A DNA stretch of 64,000 nt. Source: Macrostomum lignano. Its lineage: Eukaryota. The notes under the pieces are model-generated. The model saw only the letters and a list, made by a program, of their open reading frames with translations. It was not told the origin of the DNA and made no database searches. Positions 61,599 to 64,000 of the stretch are shown here, piece by piece (position 1 is the first letter of the stretch; every line of letters starts with the position of its first letter). The stretch spans positions 248,001 to 312,000 of the forward strand of contig NIVC01000202.1 in assembly GCA_002269645.1 (NCBI GenBank). Reading direction: 5' to 3'. The position numbers and the translations under genes were made by a program.

Positions 61599-63426
61599 TA
61601 CTGTTGTGAATCTTCATCAAATAGACAGACCATGTTACATGTACAAACACGTAGCTAGGATTATGGTAGGGACTACTCAAACACAGGGACGGGAAACTAG
61701 GATTTTTTTACGAGGCTGGCTGGCTTATTTTCATTAGAGAGATGCTGTGTTACTTTGTTGTCTATGGTTTTTTTCTACTGCTGCTAAAAGACCAGCCTCA
61801 GTTTGCTCAGTATGGCGCCCCTCGCATGTACGTGTATTATGGCGCCCCTCTATGTATATTTAGGTTAAAATCCGCCCCATTATTTTATATTTCTAAATCT
61901 GTCTCTTGGGAATATGTCTTTCGGTATCCAATCCTAGATGCACTCAAGGACTTCTAGACTAGTCTAGTCTAGTCTTCTAGTCTAGAAGTCCTTAGATGCA
62001 CTACTGGGCTTCGTGAAATACAAGATTATATTTAGGTTTAAATAAACGAACTTTTGCGGATTTGGTCACATCCTAAGCCAAACAATTGCTATTGTACCAG
62101 AAACCTACTTTTATTCTACTAAATTCTGTACTTTTTTGAGAATTTTACGGCAGGTGTAAAAATTTTTTTGCTTTGTAGCCTTACTTTGTTTTTCTAGCGG
62201 TACACATTTAAACATAAAAAATTCATTACTTTTCTTCGTCGGCGGACTCGTCCACTATCGATCACTATTCAAACATAATTGAAGCTTGCTTATTCTGAAC
62301 AGAAGCATTTATCTGTTCATATTATTTTCTTTTTTAGAAAGTTCCAAAATAATTGTTGAATTTTTAGTCGTCAAGTTTTTTATTATTTCTTATCGATCTT
62401 CTATCGAATCAGTCAAGCAAATGTCCTTGACGAAGTAAGTAGTCTGTTTTTTACATTGGCCTAATTGACAAGCCAATTCATGTTTATAGTTCAATTAAGT
62501 ATATAAAATTCAGCAAATTCAGGCTTGCAATCTTGGGCTTCTATCTTTCTTTTGAAAAAATAAAACAAAAAACAATTACCAAGTTAGGGCCTATAGACCT
62601 AAGTTGTTAGTAGGCCCCTAGGCAGGCCAGAGAAACATAATCGATTCAAACTGATACCAAGTATACAGTCATTTCGTCTGCCACAAAATATTTAAATAAT
62701 TCCATGACCATAGTTCAGATTGTGTATTAGTGTATGTTGGGTCTAATGAATGGTGGGAAGAAGTACAAGACCTTGTTTGAATGCTGGGACCTAAAAATGT
62801 GTCATTGACACAACATTTCCATTGTCATGTATGCCGGGATATAAGCTGATATAAGCTGAATGAAAAAGTAGCCTTGCTGTATCTCAGAAAATCCCAGTAT
62901 ACATGTCACTTTCCAACCTATGGTTTTAAATACAATATTAGTATTTTAAGTTTAGAATTAGACCTAGTATTCTGCCATAGCTATGGCTATGGCTATGGGA
63001 TTCTTATAGCAAATATGGTAAAATAAGACCTTTTAAACTTTGTCTGACTTGGAATATTTCAACCATTACACTAACCAACTTATAATGCAGTTAAATTATA
63101 GGTTGGAATAATGGTTGGAATATTCTGACTCTTATTCTTATTGATTATTAAATACATTGCAAGAGTCCAAATATCATTCTAACTAACTCTTAATCTAAGT
63201 TAGTGCAAGCTCTTTAAAGTGAATTGCATATTTTAAACAAGTGTAGCTGTCAGAAAGGCTTTATTTAAGTGACTAAAAACTAAAATAAAAAACTTTTTGC
63301 ATAAAAATGTTCATGTTTCTAAATTTTTAAATGCTAAAAATTGAATTTCTATACTAGTTTTACATTTTTTATTTAGACTCTTGCAATGTATTTAATAATC
63401 AGTCTATACATGTGTAACCTTATGAA

Positions 63427-63550
63427 TCACTTGGCCATTTCTATTGGCAATACACACATATAAGTTGCTATTGGCTGGGAGTAGTCATGTGACTACTATT
63501 CCATCTAATAACAACTTACATGTGTGTTGCCAATAGAAATAGCCAGGTGA
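63427..63550. repeat. ~125-bp imperfect palindrome (MITE-like)
   Basis: TCACTTGGCCATTTCTATTGGCAATACACAC...GTAGTCATGTGACTAC...GTGTGTTGCCAATAGAAATAGCCAGGTGA; the arms are reverse complements. Confidence 0.75.
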
Positions 63551-64000
63551 ATCCCTAGGTTGTGCCCAAGCATGAATCAATCAGGCAGAATAAGCCATAG
63601 TCTAGAATGTGGCCTTTATGCTAGAAAATTCTGGTATAATTTTGCTCTCGCTGACAATCTTGGCATACACTTGGCAGTTGGCATATAGAATTTTCAGGTT
63701 TAACATGTTTAACATACACATAGTTGGCATACAAAAATAGCCGAGTTCAGGGTTAATATAATTGTGTAGTAAAATATCAACCAGTATCTAAGCTCTTTTA
63801 AAATTAATTGAAAAATAGAATAAAAATATTAATTCAATTTATGAGAAAAAACAAAATTAAAACAAAGAATATCAGTTTTTAGCAAAAAACTACTATTGTA
63901 AAGTTTAGTAAAACTCTTTTATTTATATAATTTCTCTAAAAAAATTGGCGTATAAGCAACTCTGGGTTCTCAGTGTAAAAGTTTCTTTAAATTTTATGTT

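Overview
Eukaryotic genomic DNA with GT-AG introns. It is probably an invertebrate bilaterian: GC-rich low-complexity exons and minisatellite-filled introns suggest a macrostomid flatworm (inference only). I could splice five genes by hand with consistent intron phases. (1) A Gab/DOS-type PH-domain docking protein (-), running off the left edge. (2) A 3-exon class A GPCR (+) that has lost the DRY, NPxxY and Na+-pocket residues. (3) An 8-exon secreted protein (-) with a signal peptide, two discoidin/FA58C domains and a non-canonical F-type lectin domain. (4) A tentative 2-exon ~150-aa protein (-) with an MGC acylation motif. (5) even-skipped/Evx (+, 3 exons). A poly-Ala exon at ~52.7 kb may belong to a sixth gene. 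The rest is about 25 micro/minisatellite arrays and mobile elements. These include three tRNA-headed SINEs sharing a core, a 5'-truncated RTE LINE with a 12-bp TSD, a mariner remnant, hAT-Charlie-like elements with GA-rich arrays inside, two small MITE-like palindromes, and a TA-flanked Tc1/IS630-like element whose long TIRs include the transposase start. Most long ORFs in the supplied track are artefacts of tandem repeats. There is no CRISPR array, rRNA or intact tRNA.
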